Positions 12,506 through 26,103 of a stretch of DNA of 64,000 nucleotides are shown here, one piece after another. Source of the stretch: Octopus sinensis (lineage: Eukaryota); assembly GCF_006345805.1 (NCBI RefSeq), contig NC_043008.1, positions 15,872,001 to 15,936,000 of the forward strand, read 5' to 3'. Position 1 is the stretch's first letter. Every line of letters starts with the position of its first letter. A model generated the notes under the pieces. That model searched no databases. It worked only from the letters and a program-made list of their open reading frames with translations, and had not been told where the DNA came from. A program made the position numbers and the translations under genes.

Positions 12506-12565
12506 ATCCAACTGGGGCGATGGCTGGTGTAGGTCGACTACATACCTCATGGTCACGGTTGACGA
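12506..12565 (+). CDS. Candidate 60-nt internal exon, product unknown
   Basis: TTGTTCATTCACCGCAG acceptor, GA|GTAAGT donor, length divisible by 3, two open frames (DPTGAMAGVGRLHTSWSRLT or SNWGDGWCRSTTYLMVTVD). Confidence 0.35.
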
Positions 12566-13530
12566 GTAAGTATTTCACGGAGATGAGAAATAACTAGAAA
12601 CAGTTTGTTGGGTAGCCCGGCACCATATGAGCAGATATCGCCAAATGGTGAATTCAGCGCCACGTAGCACCGTTTCATGTCCATATTCCTAATCTGATTC
12701 CATTTTCTTCCTAGATTTTCTCAGTTTTTGATGAGTATTTTCGAAAGTTAAAACGTTAATAATGAACACATTCGCACACAATTTTTACGGTGTCTTTAGT
12801 TCAGGGAACTCGTCCCTACATATATTCGACTAACAATTCCCCGAATGATATACAAAAGTTCAAAAGCAATTCAGCTTGTTTAGATTAGGATAAATTCATG
12901 TAACATGAATACAGAGAGTAATATTCAAAGAAAACGCATGGATGATAATTAAGATTGCGTTACAGTGAATATGTCACGAAATGAATAAACCGGTTGTTTT
13001 TATCTTGACATCCATTAATTGAGATGAAGTATTACCGCGTAGTATATGGGAACACATTGAGTGGAAGTATTTAATCTTGTGATTGATATTTTTGTTTATA
13101 GTTGTATACAGTTTGATTAATTAAATACTATCTCATTATGCACTTGTCAAAATTGTTAGAACAGGATTATAATTAATAATGGTGATTGCTACCCGTAAAA
13201 CAGATATCATGAGTATTTCCATCAACATTATCTTGTTAATTATACTCTTCCATCATGGGGCTTCCTATCATAGTGGGCAATTATTTGAAAAGTTTTATAC
13301 AGATTTTATACGGGAATCAAATATAAGAGTCTCTTAAATCGTTACATCGTTTATTTTCCCCTTCCAAAATATTAGACATCTTACCGTTCACGCTAAGGAT
13401 TAATCCCTTGATGTACATTGCATAATTCAGTCACCAATAAGTAGTTCATCTTTCTATATAAATATTTCTATCTTTCTCTAACGAAAGCAAGAGTTTTATT
13501 TTTATATAATCACTGTCTCACGAATATTGC

Positions 13531-13569
<39 letters not shown>

Positions 13570-13675
13570 CTCATAGTCTCTGAATTTACTCATAGTCTCT
13601 GACTATTTCCTCTTTCTCACTAGACCGCTGGTGGCAAAATAATTCTATTGAATTTTTTGCTACCCTAATTGATTA

Positions 13676-13735
<60 letters not shown>

Positions 13736-13807
13736 ATATATATATATCGAACTGCAATCCTACGACCGCGAGTCCGCTGCGCTAAACATTGGGCCATTGC
13801 GCTTCCT

Positions 13808-13864
<57 letters not shown>

Positions 13865-14659
13865 GTATGAACACACAAACACACATATATATGCACGCGC
13901 GTGCGTGCACACTCATGCTTATAGCTTAGATTGAGGAATACATGCTGTGTGAATCACCGCTGTGTGAATTGATAGCGCGGTCTCTCGCTCTCTCTCAATC
14001 GTTCTCTCCCAGGTCTTGTGTTCTTCAATATACGCTCTTCAAATCTTGTTTACCAACTGTGTCTGGTTTCCCTCAACAATCTATTACATAACCGCTGTTA
14101 CACTTCTTTCTGTTCATAAATACCACCCTTAAATTTTCTCTGAGAATTATCGCTGCGTCAGCTACATGTAGCCAAATCTATTATGTCAATCCTTTATTTT
14201 CTCCGTAAACTGAGATCTCAAATATATTCCCTACCTTTAGATAAATGGTGTTTTCTTCATCAGAAGGAAGTCTTATGTTCACGCCTGGAAGCATAATTTT
14301 GAAATATGATAATAACAAAGAAGTATTAAACCAGACACTTTCAGTGTTCATCCATTCATTTTATCGTCATATTTCAATTAAAACTGCGCAAGCGAGTATG
14401 GCATGGATAGAATAGAAGCTCTTTGGTTTCATTGTATTAACTTTAGTCCCATTTCCAGTGTCGTTTGATATGTAGAATGATAATCCGGTATGGCTTTATC
14501 TGCACAGTTTGAAGTGGAGACAGAATAATAAGTCTTTATAGCAAATGAATGGCTGATTAGTTGCCATGTCCACATTTATGTCTATGGCGAGAGGTTTTAT
14601 GTGTTGTACAACATTGTCAGCAATCGCGTTTGTACTATTTGTTTGCCGTTAGCACATAC

Positions 14660-14833
14660 CATGAAATATTGTAAGAAAATCTTCGATCATAATATCATTG
14701 TAGAAGTAACGACGCTCCGTATAGTTGTTGTCGTGGGAACAGTCCTGCATGAACAATCGTATTTGTTGAAGAATTATATGCTTGGCTTTAATGTCTACAT
14801 GAATTGGAATGTCCTCGTTAATTAAGTGCAAAC
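14660..14833 (-). CDS. Candidate 174-nt phase 1-1 exon, product unknown
   Basis: Open frame LHLINEDIPIHVDIKAKHIILQQIRLFMQDCSHDNNYTERRYFYNDIMIEDFLTIFH; donor ATG|GTATGT; acceptor weak (A-rich). Confidence 0.25.
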
Positions 14834-15278
14834 CTTTTTTAATTAAAAGAAAATTTATGAAACACCTAGGAACAGATAATTTTCCAAATACTGTCAGAGA
14901 TTATAACTTAACAAATATTATTGTAAGTAGGTAATCCGTTCCAGAAGCCCTAGGAATTGTCGAACATTAGCTATGAAATATTACATATTTTTTGGTGTGT
15001 TTTGTATAGGTTAATTTTTTATTTGCCAGTTAACACTGCTACTTCAAACACCATGTATTGTTTTTGTTTCAATGACGTTGATATACAAAAATGCATTATC
15101 CAAAATTTTGTACTATTGATATGTGTTGTCAAGTGAAAGATTCGGTTCATTCGTTCCCTATTTAAGAGATGGTCACGTCCATTTTGATTTCAATACGCAT
15201 TCTGTTTTTGTTTACGTGAAAATATTATCTTCTGGAAAAGCTTTCCAATGGAACGATAATTAAATTACATCGAACCAT

Positions 15279-15492
15279 AACGATTGAATAGAGTTAACCC
15301 AGATCTCACAACGCTCAGCATATGTTGTGTTCGAATATATAATAACAATGTGAATTTATACAAAACACACCAAAAATATGTAACTCTAACGATTGAATAG
15401 AGTTAAGCCAGATCTCACAACGCTCAGCATATGTTGTGTTCGAATATATAATAACAATGTGAACTTATAAAAAACACACCAAAAATATGTAA
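15279..15492. repeat. Tandem duplication, 109-bp period
   Basis: AACGATTGAATAGAGTTAA...CACACCAAAAATATGTAA at 15279 and 15388, about three substitutions. Confidence 0.95.
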
Positions 15493-16016
15493 TATTTCAT
15501 AGCTAATGTTTGAGGATTCCTAAGGCTTCTTGAACGGATTACCTACTTACAATAATATTTGTCACTTTATAATCTCTGATAGTATTTGTATATTTATCAG
15601 TTCTTATGTGTTTGAGTAACTTTTTTATCATTTTGTGTTTTCATTCATCCTCGTGAACACAAAATTGTGTCACTACTCACAAAGGGTTATGATTATATTG
15701 TTATTCTAAAAACAAAAGAAACGAATATTTTGATTTATAATATTTGCCATACTTATACTTTAAAAATTTCCTTATGTTTCATTTCTTTTTTTTGTTTTAC
15801 GTCTCTGCTTTATTCTCTCGAAGAAAACTTTCAGTTTCGTAGTATATCTAGAGAAACCAAGATAATTTACAACTTTTGAATGTAATGATAGCTTCTCTCA
15901 TTTTTTGTTTGTCATCATTAACAATTAAAACAGTAAAACTTATTTATTTGCTTGTTTTGTTAATTATATAGCTTGACGCTGGTCAAATTTTTACTAAATA
16001 TATTCATATGAGTGTG

Positions 16017-16057
<41 letters not shown>

Positions 16058-16181
16058 TGTGTGTAATTGACACTAACCTACGTTCGTAAATGCGTACACA
16101 CGATCACTCACATAGCATACACACATGCACACATACAAATATATACATGTATGTGGGTGTATAGTGACATACATACATACC

Positions 16182-16222
<41 letters not shown>

Positions 16223-16225
16223 TAT

Positions 16226-16270
<45 letters not shown>

Positions 16271-16325
16271 ATATATGTATGTATGTATGTATATATATAT
16301 ATAATATATATATAATATATATATA

Positions 16326-16376
<51 letters not shown>

Positions 16377-16437
16377 TAAGTTTTTCATTCACGCTGATAA
16401 ATTAGATATATTTTTCTTAACAAAGTGCACTTTTGGG

Positions 16438-16496
<59 letters not shown>

Positions 16497-16851
16497 CTTC
16501 CTAAAGACAAGACGTGTTTATACCTGTCTCCTCTCATAGCTCGTCCACCTACCGTTCTTAGTATTTTTCTATCGTCTAGGCCCTCATTGTTTGTTTTTAG
16601 TGTCTTCTTCTCACTGTCCTGTTTTTGTTACCACTTTCACCCTCCACAAAAATCCAACTTTTTTTTCATTTGCGGGAAGGACTGTTTCAACGAAGTTGCG
16701 TATTGTACTTGCCTTCAAAGCGCGGAGTAGATGAAACAGGGACAACTGAAGAAGAGGAATATTCGTTATGTTGCATGACTCGTTTATCTTGGTTATAATA
16801 TTTATATAGTATTATATATATATTATATTATTATTAATTATATATATATAA

Positions 16852-16893
<42 letters not shown>

Positions 16894-17150
16894 TATATAT
16901 ATTATATATATATAAAAAAGTCAGGATAGAAAATTCTAAAATATTTTATAAAGAACATTTCATTACCGGTTTTAGTCATTGAGAATTTTTCAACTGTAAC
17001 AATTGAATAATTAAATTCAGAAAAATTAAAAGAAAAGTTTTTAAAAGAATATTGTATAGTGTTCAAATATTAGTGGCATTTTCCTTGTTCTGCCTTTCTC
17101 TGTCTCTCTTGTTTACTCTAGTGGGTTCGAGGTCGTTGTATATATATATA

Positions 17151-17215
<65 letters not shown>

Positions 17216-18187
17216 CACAACGACCTAATTTAATACTTTTGATATATATTTAAAATAATATAAATTAATTAATTTTATGTATTAGCTTATGTTTTTCATT
17301 GTTTGATTTGCCTAATAGTGGTTTTATCTCTAATTTAATAAATATTATAATATAATATATTTATACTATAAAATTGGATTTAATCCTAAATCTGATTTTT
17401 CCCTGTAAGTTTGGATTTATTCCCTAATATTTTATTATTAATTTATATATATATATATAAATTAATAATATTTTATTATTATTTCCCTAATATTTTATTA
17501 TTAATTTATATATATATAATTATATATAGATATATATATATATATATGTTTGTGTGTGTGTGTGTGTGACATTTTCTCACAGGATTCAGTGCTTTGATCT
17601 GCTTCTAACTCGTCATTGTTTTTATTCTTTTGTGTTTCGATTTTTGCTGCGATGTCTTAGAAAATAACCTTGACACTTATTCAGTTTTTTTTATTTTGGT
17701 GTCAACAACGTATTCATGCACTCATTCCCCTCTGACTATTTGCACTCATTAACACCAGAGATTTCGTTATTGTTTTATTATTTTATTCAGTTAGCTATTA
17801 AGTGCTGTATTGTTTCATCTGCAACTTTGATATCAATTATTGGTTATGCCAACGGAATTATTTCTGTTTTGATTGCCATGATGTTAAAAAACCAAGTACT
17901 TTCCTTGTTTCACAGATTAATGTAAATATGTTGCTCATATGTTGAATAGCTCTGTATTATAAGCGTGTTCAACGTTGTGATTCCTATTGCCTCTATACTA
18001 TCCTTTTCAGTTTAAGAAATATATCATACACGATATCCATACGACTTTTAAATTAATGAATAATTTCTACCACGTTATTTCCACTAGAGTTATTTATTTA
18101 TTACTGTATTGCGTATACATTCTACTCAATTTGTCCCACATAAGTGTTTCTTTTAAAATATTCCATATGCACCCCCAATTTATACAT

Positions 18188-18278
<91 letters not shown>

Positions 18279-18896
18279 GTCTCTCTCTCTTTTTCTCTGT
18301 CTGTCTGTGTGTGTGTGTATGTATAATGAATTACAAAATAAACGTCGCAATGTAAAATATTATTTGCGACTGCATGGGTTTTATCACACCAGGAAAATAT
18401 CACTGACCAGCACACCACTCTCTTTTGAAAACACAAGAATTGCAAGTAGCGTTCCAACGCGCCCAATTTTCATGAACATAGTAATGCTCACGAACGCATT
18501 TTTAGGAAAAGCATGATGTACTTGCAAAATGGTGACTCATTGGGTATAAAAGGCACCCCAAATTACCGGCCTAACATGCGATCCCCTCACTTTTTGTATT
18601 GGTGTTGTTTTTACTGCTGAATTAAGTAGCCGTTTTATATTGCTTGTTTTAAGTTACCCTTTGGGGATTGCCTGTTTTCATCAAATCTGTTTCTGCGCCT
18701 TCTGACGCATTGCCTGCGGTAGCAGGCTAGTGTCCATTTACCGTTTCCCCCGTTGAGGTATGAATTGTTTTTTTCTATGCAAAAACAGTGCAGCATAGAG
18801 GGTAACAACTTCCAGTGTGAATCAGAAGACCACATCGTGGGGCAGTCATCTGAACAGGCTCAAATTAACAATATTGGAGGCAGTTACGCGTCCATG

Positions 18897-19127
18897 GGCG
18901 GCGAGCTGGCAGAAACGTTAGCACGTCGGGCGAAATGCTTTGCGGTATTTCGTCTACCGTTATGTTCTGAGTTCAAATTCCGCCGAGGTCGACTTTACCT
19001 TTCATCCTTTCGGGGTCGATAAATTAAGTACCAGTTACGCACTGAGGTCGATATAATCGACTTAATACCTATGTCTGTCCTTGTTTGTTCCCTCAATGTT
19101 TAGTCCCTTGTGGGTAATAAAGAAATA
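18897..19127 (+). mobile_element. SINE family A (tail type 1), full length
   Basis: Colinear with the 341-576 copy. Confidence 0.9.
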
Positions 19128-19608
19128 GGTAGTTAAGCTTCCAAGGCCGGTCACCAGTGAGCGAGTGCAAGTCAGTCGAGAAAAACGCGAAGATTATAAG
19201 GAACGAATTCAGAAGGAGAGGAAGCACTTAAGATTGATCCCCAACCCCAGAGGAAATTATAAATAGCACGAACAGGAAAACTATCATTTAAAGAACATCG
19301 TTGATGGCAGCACAAAAACAGAGAAGGCATCCTTGGATGCCTTCGAAAAATGTTTACGCCAAATATGGAACGAAACAAAATTCATAAACAGATTTCATGT
19401 ATTTTTTCATATATTTATATATTCATAAGAAATAAGTTAAATGAGGCTACTTGGGATGTGGAGCTCGAGCAGCCGTCATACCACCAAACATGTTTTATAT
19501 TTAATACGTTCTTTTTGTCATTCATTTTTAAAAAACCACTTTTGTTTGTGTGTCCTTGGTCCGTCCCCTTTGTGATGGGCCTTTATGGTTCGAATAAAAT
19601 CAATTCGT

Positions 19609-20045
19609 TTCCCGCGACTGACAAGAAATCAGAGGGAGCCAGCTATCGGACATTTCCATGCTGGTCAGCGTCCATAGATCATTGTTAATGACTTGAACGG
19701 CAGTATTCGGACAACTGAGAGACTGAAGGAACGATAGAATGCTACAAATAGCAAGAATGATCGTCCACGCAGTGGTCGACAGATGATTAAAACAGCACGT
19801 GAAGATCGCCACCTGCAAGTGCAGCACCCGCAGGAGTGATTCCGGAGGGCAACGTAATCACCTGGGCAAACCATAGCGACGCACTACATACCCAATTGTG
19901 CAGGCACAGTTCGCCGCTGGCTGAGAATTTTTCAACCCCCTTGTCGACGTCCGGCTACGGGCTCCATCCTCACAGATCGTCATCGACCGGTACGTCAGTA
20001 GTAGACTCAAAAATGCCATAACTGGCGATATCAGCAATGGTCAAA
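19609..20045 (+). mobile_element. Tc1-like transposase fossil (N-terminal DNA-binding region)
   Basis: Translation PRLTRNQREPAIGHFHAG...RLKER*NATNSKNDRPRSGRQMIKTAREDRHL...ILTDRHR with stops and frameshifts; RPRSGR and TAREDR are typical Tc1 motifs. Confidence 0.85.
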
Positions 20046-20165
20046 CGAGATATTGAGTTAATCTCTTTGGATTTAGAACACTCCGGCATCATGTGACACC
20101 ATGTGACGTCAAACATATTTCAGGAAATGATGTTTTATAATTAGGAGATAACGGTTTATTAATTC

Positions 20166-20244
<79 letters not shown>

Positions 20245-20976
20245 ATATTAAAAATAATTACATTCTTTCATAAATCAGAGTTGTGAGTATGAAGTGTTAT
20301 CAATTTAGCTATGGACGCATTATATCAAATTAAGAAGAATTTTATTTACTTATTCGAAATAAGTATTCTTTTGCATTATTAATCCCTTACCAAAATTCAG
20401 AGTGTTTTTAGTCACATGCATTTGGTTTTCCTTTGAAAATATCAAACAGAGGTATCAAAAGAATATACTTCATCACTGACAGTTATATAAATCGAAATTG
20501 ATAAAATTTTAATTACATAGTTTTCAATGATACGGTATACTAAGTATTTTGGTGAGTAACCAAGTTTATATCATTGCAGCTTTGCTTTGTATTACCCTTC
20601 CAATGAGTGCTATATTGAATTAAAGTAATATTAATCCATAATTCTTCTAAGCATTACTAATTGTAGTTTGAAGATCCACAGACACAGTCACACATACACG
20701 CACACACATACAAATGTATTTAGGCTTGTGTGTATAATTTATTTCTATTTTGTTACATTTCTATATGGTTATATTTAACTATAGAAATTAATTCCTCTTC
20801 GAAGGTTATTTTATTTTCAATTCATTCATTCTTAGAGTTTATCCCATCATATATAGTCTAAATTCATTTTTTAAAAAATTATGATACGATGGATAACATA
20901 TACATATTCAAAAGAGTATTCTAACTTTTATTACCCTATATCACACATGATATTTAATCAGTTATAGATATATTCG

Positions 20977-21285
20977 AAGGCGCATGGCTTCGTGGTTAGG
21001 AGCATTCGGCTCATGATCGTAAGGTCATGAGTTCAATTCCCGGCGGCGTGTTGTGTCCTTGAGTAAGACACTTTATTTCACGTTGCTCCAGTCCACTCAT
21101 CTGGCAAAAATGAGTTGTACCTGTATTTCAAAGGGGCAGCCTTGTCAAACACTCTGTGTCAGGCTGAATCTCCCCGAGAACTACGTTAAGGGTACACTTG
21201 TTTGTGGAGTGCACGTTAAATTCACGAGCATGCTGTTCCGTTGATCGTATCAGCTGGAACCCCCGTCGACACAACCGACGAGGTG
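20977..21285 (+). mobile_element. SINE family C
   Basis: Colinear with 8884-9214. Confidence 0.9.
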
Positions 21286-21501
21286 ATCCTTTGATATATT
21301 TTGCATATATGTATTGCCGTTAAGGTCTTCGGATAGTCACAATATATTGCTATTATCCGAATGCTACATATATATTTTTATGCATACATTGTTCTCTGAT
21401 ATTTTGGTTTACATAACTTGTGAGCTCGTTTTTATTTCAAACCCCTAGCAGGTTTTACGACATGCTAGAAAAATTAATTTACCTTAAAACATATTACAAT
21501 T

Positions 21502-21618
21502 GTACTTAATTTATCGACCCCCGAAAGGATGAAAGGCAGAGTTGACCTCGGCAGAATTTGAATCCAGATCGCTAAGACGGACGAGATGGTGCAAAGCATT
21601 TAGACCGGCTCACCGCCT
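21502..21618 (-). mobile_element. SINE family A fragment
   Basis: GTACTTAATTTATCGACCCC...GAAAGGATGAAAGGC...GACCTCGGCAGAATTTGAA. Confidence 0.75.
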
Positions 21619-21844
21619 TTATCACCTAGGAATATTAAAAATGTTTATCTTAGCGTAAGAAAATAATGCATTTTTTAATCCATAAAAGATGGAACGCATC
21701 ACTGAGTCATACATGAGTTAAGATTACCATTTCTCAACTTCACATGCATGAGACAACTCATCTCTCGAAAAATATACCAATCTTGTGTCAATATCTCGTG
21801 AGATAACATAAAATGAAAATAATAATATTATTTATATTTGGGAT

Positions 21845-22085
21845 CGGCGTGGCTTAGTGGTTAGCTTGTTGGACTCATGATAATAAGATTGTAGTTTCGA
21901 TTCCTGAACCGGGCGACGAAATGTGTTCTTGAGCAAAACACTTAATTTCACGTTGCCCTAGTCCACTCAGCACAAATGAGTAAACCTGGAATGGACTGGC
22001 GTCCCGTCTAGGTAGAGTATATATGTACCATGGAAACCGGGAAACCGACCCTGTGAGTCTATATGACTCGGGAAGGACCTTTACT
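21845..22085 (+). mobile_element. SINE with C-type head and core and a distinct (E) tail
   Basis: GGCGTGGCTTAGTGGTTAG head, GTGTTCTTGAGCAAAACACTT core, then ATGGACTGGCGTCCCGTC...GAAACCGGGAAACCG. Confidence 0.75.
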
Positions 22086-22646
22086 TTTTTGTTTTACTAT
22101 AGTATATAAAGAAATCAACTAAAAATCACAGGCTGGTAGGGATAACTGTTGTGTGTGAATGCAACTCAGAAATTGTACAATGTGCAACGGGTATTAAAAT
22201 ACGTGATAGGCATAAGAGTACAATAAGAGTAGGGAAGTCACATTAAATAGGAGTTTGAAAGGCAAAATTTACCAGTAGCAACTTCAATATATTTTATAGG
22301 ATCTGGTATTCTGAGGACGATCAGCCTATGAGAAATGCAAAGGTGTGTAGCGAAAGATTGCTGTGGATCGCAGTAAAAACTGATGTATTATCGAATTTAT
22401 AAAGGTTACCAATATAATCAATAGATCGTATACTCATTAACGAACGTCAATATAAATGAATAATATAAAGTGATTTTCAGATAATGATATGAAATAATAG
22501 AGTAAAATGAGTTGATAAAAATGAGATAATATTATATTACAGTAATGTAATTTTTCTTCCTTATCAAGATATTTGACGTGTCGAAAATATATATATATAC
22601 GTATGTAGATGTCTGTGTGTGTGTGTGTAGTATCAAGTTCACTCAC

Positions 22647-22796
22647 CTGTATGAAACTCTAGACTCTAGCTTGTAGAAAATTTTGTTATTTTGTTGAAGG
22701 CACACCAATATCCAAGAATTATCTTCTTAGAGATCTCCCATAGATATCGACGTATTTCATATCCCTTCACGTTTACACCTCTAGTGCCTTTGATAA
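22647..22796 (-). other. Candidate 150-nt phase 1-1 exon with one in-frame TAG
   Basis: Acceptor TTTTACATCTTGCCAACAG, donor CAG|GTGAGT; frame IKGTRGVNVKGYEIRRYLWEISKKIILGYWCAFNKITKFSTS*SLEFHT. Confidence 0.45.
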
Positions 22797-23011
22797 CTGT
22801 TGGCAAGATGTAAAACACTTAAAAGCTCGCTGAATGAGGTTTAACCATACAGTACTTTGTTTTAAGCCTGTTTTATATTCTATAAAGCACTTTTTGCAAA
22901 AGTACGCACAGTGTACACGCTATAGTGTCCTCAAATAAACAGCGCCAGTTGTGAAATGGTGCGACGCGGGACATCAAAAGCAAACACCCACTTCCATGCA
23001 AACACGTATAT

Positions 23012-23043
<32 letters not shown>

Positions 23044-23044
<1 letters not shown>

Positions 23045-23230
23045 ACGGAAAGGTTTACGAAAATAATCAAAAGACGAAGACAGGTGGAGTACAAACAAAC
23101 AAATGTATTAGTATGGCGCTCAGGAATAGAAAGAGAACAGGTCTTTTAGGTTTCGGGCCTACGCTCTTCGACAGAAAGATACACAGAAAAAAACAAGGAG
23201 AGAAACAAGGAGAGAAAAAAGGAGAGTAAA
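23044..23230 (-). mobile_element. (TA)n-embedded repeat with degenerate hammerhead motif (Penelope-like pLTR fragment)
   Basis: TCTTT-CTGTCGA-AGAGCGTAGGCCC-GAAACCTA-AAAGA at 23142-23179; shares motifs with the 31.0 and 49.0 kb copies; (TA)n on both sides. Confidence 0.65.
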
Positions 23231-23277
23231 TATATATATATATATATATATAGATAGATAGATAGATAGATAGACAT

Positions 23278-23330
<53 letters not shown>

Positions 23331-23752
23331 CATACATACATAGACACACACACACGCATACAGGTAAATTGTGAAAGCGAAAGAAATAACACTGGTCTGT
23401 TCTAATCCTCGTTGTTATTTATATTTACCATTGCTAAAAATGGGCGACAAATACGCACATTCGGGATTGTTCTCAAGAACACAATGACCTTCTTCTCACA
23501 AAGACACATATGACTATGTGTACATGAATCTGAAATTCTAAAAGATGTTTAGATCCAAGATCCAATGGAAAATATCGTAATCGAAATAATAAAGAAATAA
23601 TAAAGCAATCTAATGCTCGTAGAGAGTCTACGATGTTGCAAAATCTTTAGAATAAACAATGAAAAGATTAATAGTTTCGAAACATATCAAGAAACCTCAA
23701 CGTAAATCATCTTGTGTTATCATTGAGAAGTAAGTGTATAGTGAAATAATAC

Positions 23753-24162
23753 TTTTACTAAAATGTTGCATCAATTTCTTGAGGAAAGAAAGGAAATGGG
23801 TCACATGTTATCTAGTGAGTTAAATCCTGATTCCCATAGTTATCTCTTTGGCCATTTTATAAAGGAAAATAGATTAAATAATAATTTAGAGGATACTGAC
23901 AACAAGCGATATAAGCTTTAACAAAGTGGTGCAGGGAGTTTTTCACAAGTAACGATATTTCACACTTTATATATATTGCAAATTATACACCACTTTAGAA
24001 TATTAAAGTAAGAAGTTTCAAGAAAGTGGGTTTTTTCTTTGATATTATGGCATAATCATGTCGCACTAAAATATACTGTTATATTATCAATTTCCTCATA
24101 AAGTGTTAGGAAATATTTTTCAAACATCGTGAAATCTGGAAAAATGTGATCCTTCAAAACAA
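23753..24162 (+). repeat. ~410-bp segment duplicated at 28201-28622
   Basis: Colinear from TTTTACTAAAATGTTGCATC to GATCCTTCAAAACAA with scattered substitutions and one small indel. Confidence 0.95.
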
Positions 24163-25024
24163 AGTGGTGCAAGGAGTTTTTCACAACCTTAAAGTAAAGG
24201 TAACATTTCAAAGAGAAAATATAAGATATATAACAAATAGAAACATCCTTTCCCGCACTTGCATGTAAAAAACGAGAACCGAACGTTTTCTATCAAATAA
24301 TGAAAGCATTAGTCATGGCTAAAGGAGGACTCCAATGTATTTAACGCCAGTTTCAATATCCACCAGGTACTGAAGTGAGTTAAGGATTTGATTCTTAAGA
24401 CACAACGAAAGGAAGAGAAATTGATCAGTCTGTTAATGACAGAGTTATATTAGATAAGATATAATAATCGATACGGCTTCTCTGCTTACATCCTTTGTTT
24501 GATTATCACATGTCTCGTTCTTCCTTTCCCATTCAATTCACTCTCCTTCTATCGCATCTATCTCCTTAATGTTCACTCCTTCTCTCTATATTTCTCTCCT
24601 CATCTTTCACCAATTTTCTCTTATATATATCGCTATTAATCTTTTTCTATCTATCGATTATTGTTACTTCGCCTCTCTTTCCTCTTTTTCCCTTTCTTGC
24701 ATTTATTACACTCTTTTTTTTTTTGGTTTCATTTTTCTTTTACCCCCCCCCCACTTCATTCGATATGTCTGACTCTTAGGAATAGATGTTCTGACGGATA
24801 ATAAGGACGTATACAATTACAGAATATAATAAGGTTAATTTCTTCCATGTAACTCATCTATCAACGAGATGAACAGTAAACTATGGCTGACTATTACAGG
24901 TAGGATCAATAGGAGGTTAGACTCAGGAGAATTTCTACACGCATATACACACCGACACACAGACACACAAGCACAAGAACGCCCGCACACACAAGCACAC
25001 ATACACCATACATCTACATATCTA

Positions 25025-25064
25025 TATGTGTGCGCATATATATATTAATATATGCTTTATATAG

Positions 25065-25095
<31 letters not shown>

Positions 25096-25103
25096 ATATA
25101 TAA

Positions 25104-25138
<35 letters not shown>

Positions 25139-25198
25139 GCCTACACATATATATATATTATATATATACATACATACATATATATATATATATAATAT

Positions 25199-25284
<86 letters not shown>

Positions 25285-25285
25285 C
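25025..25285. repeat. (TA)n microsatellite
   Basis: Direct reading. Confidence 0.95.
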
Positions 25286-25602
25286 ACACTCATGGTGGCA
25301 TGTGTGGTAGTATGTGCGGCGGTTTTGCTTTGCGAGTTTGAATGTGTATGTCGGTGTGATGGTTATTATTGTGTAGCTGTGTGTGTGAGCTAGTCTATTT
25401 CAGTATGTATTCCTTCTCTAACGATTATAATTTCAAAATCATTTTTGCATTAATATTTTCAGAATTATCGCAATCGGTGCACTAGTTTTCTGCTCCAATT
25501 GTGAACTGCTGTTAGAATCCTCCGTTTCGTATCTTCTAGTAAAATGTAGACTAATATTCAGAGATGGTATTTTCTAATGCACACTTTCAATAAACTCAAC
25601 AC

Positions 25603-25605
25603 ATC

Positions 25606-25661
<56 letters not shown>

Positions 25662-25677
25662 TATCTATCTATCTATC

Positions 25678-25725
<48 letters not shown>

Positions 25726-25837
25726 AGGATGAAAAGCAATGTCGAGCTCGGTGGAATTTGAACTCAGAAGGTAAAGATAGACGAAATACTGATAATCTTT
25801 TCATTCGGCGTGCTAACGTTTATGCCAGCTCGCTGCC

Positions 25838-25920
<83 letters not shown>

Positions 25921-26058
25921 ACACACACATACACACACACATACACAGATATATACACCTCAGTCTATGTATTATGTTTGTATGTACGAATCTATTTATC
26001 CATCTATTTATTACTCTATCTATTTATTTATCTATCTATCTATCTATCTATATCTCTC

Positions 26059-26103
<45 letters not shown>

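Noticed and set aside
14252-14263. Minus-strand CTGATGAAGAAA
   Set aside because: No room for helix II between CUGAUGA and GAAA
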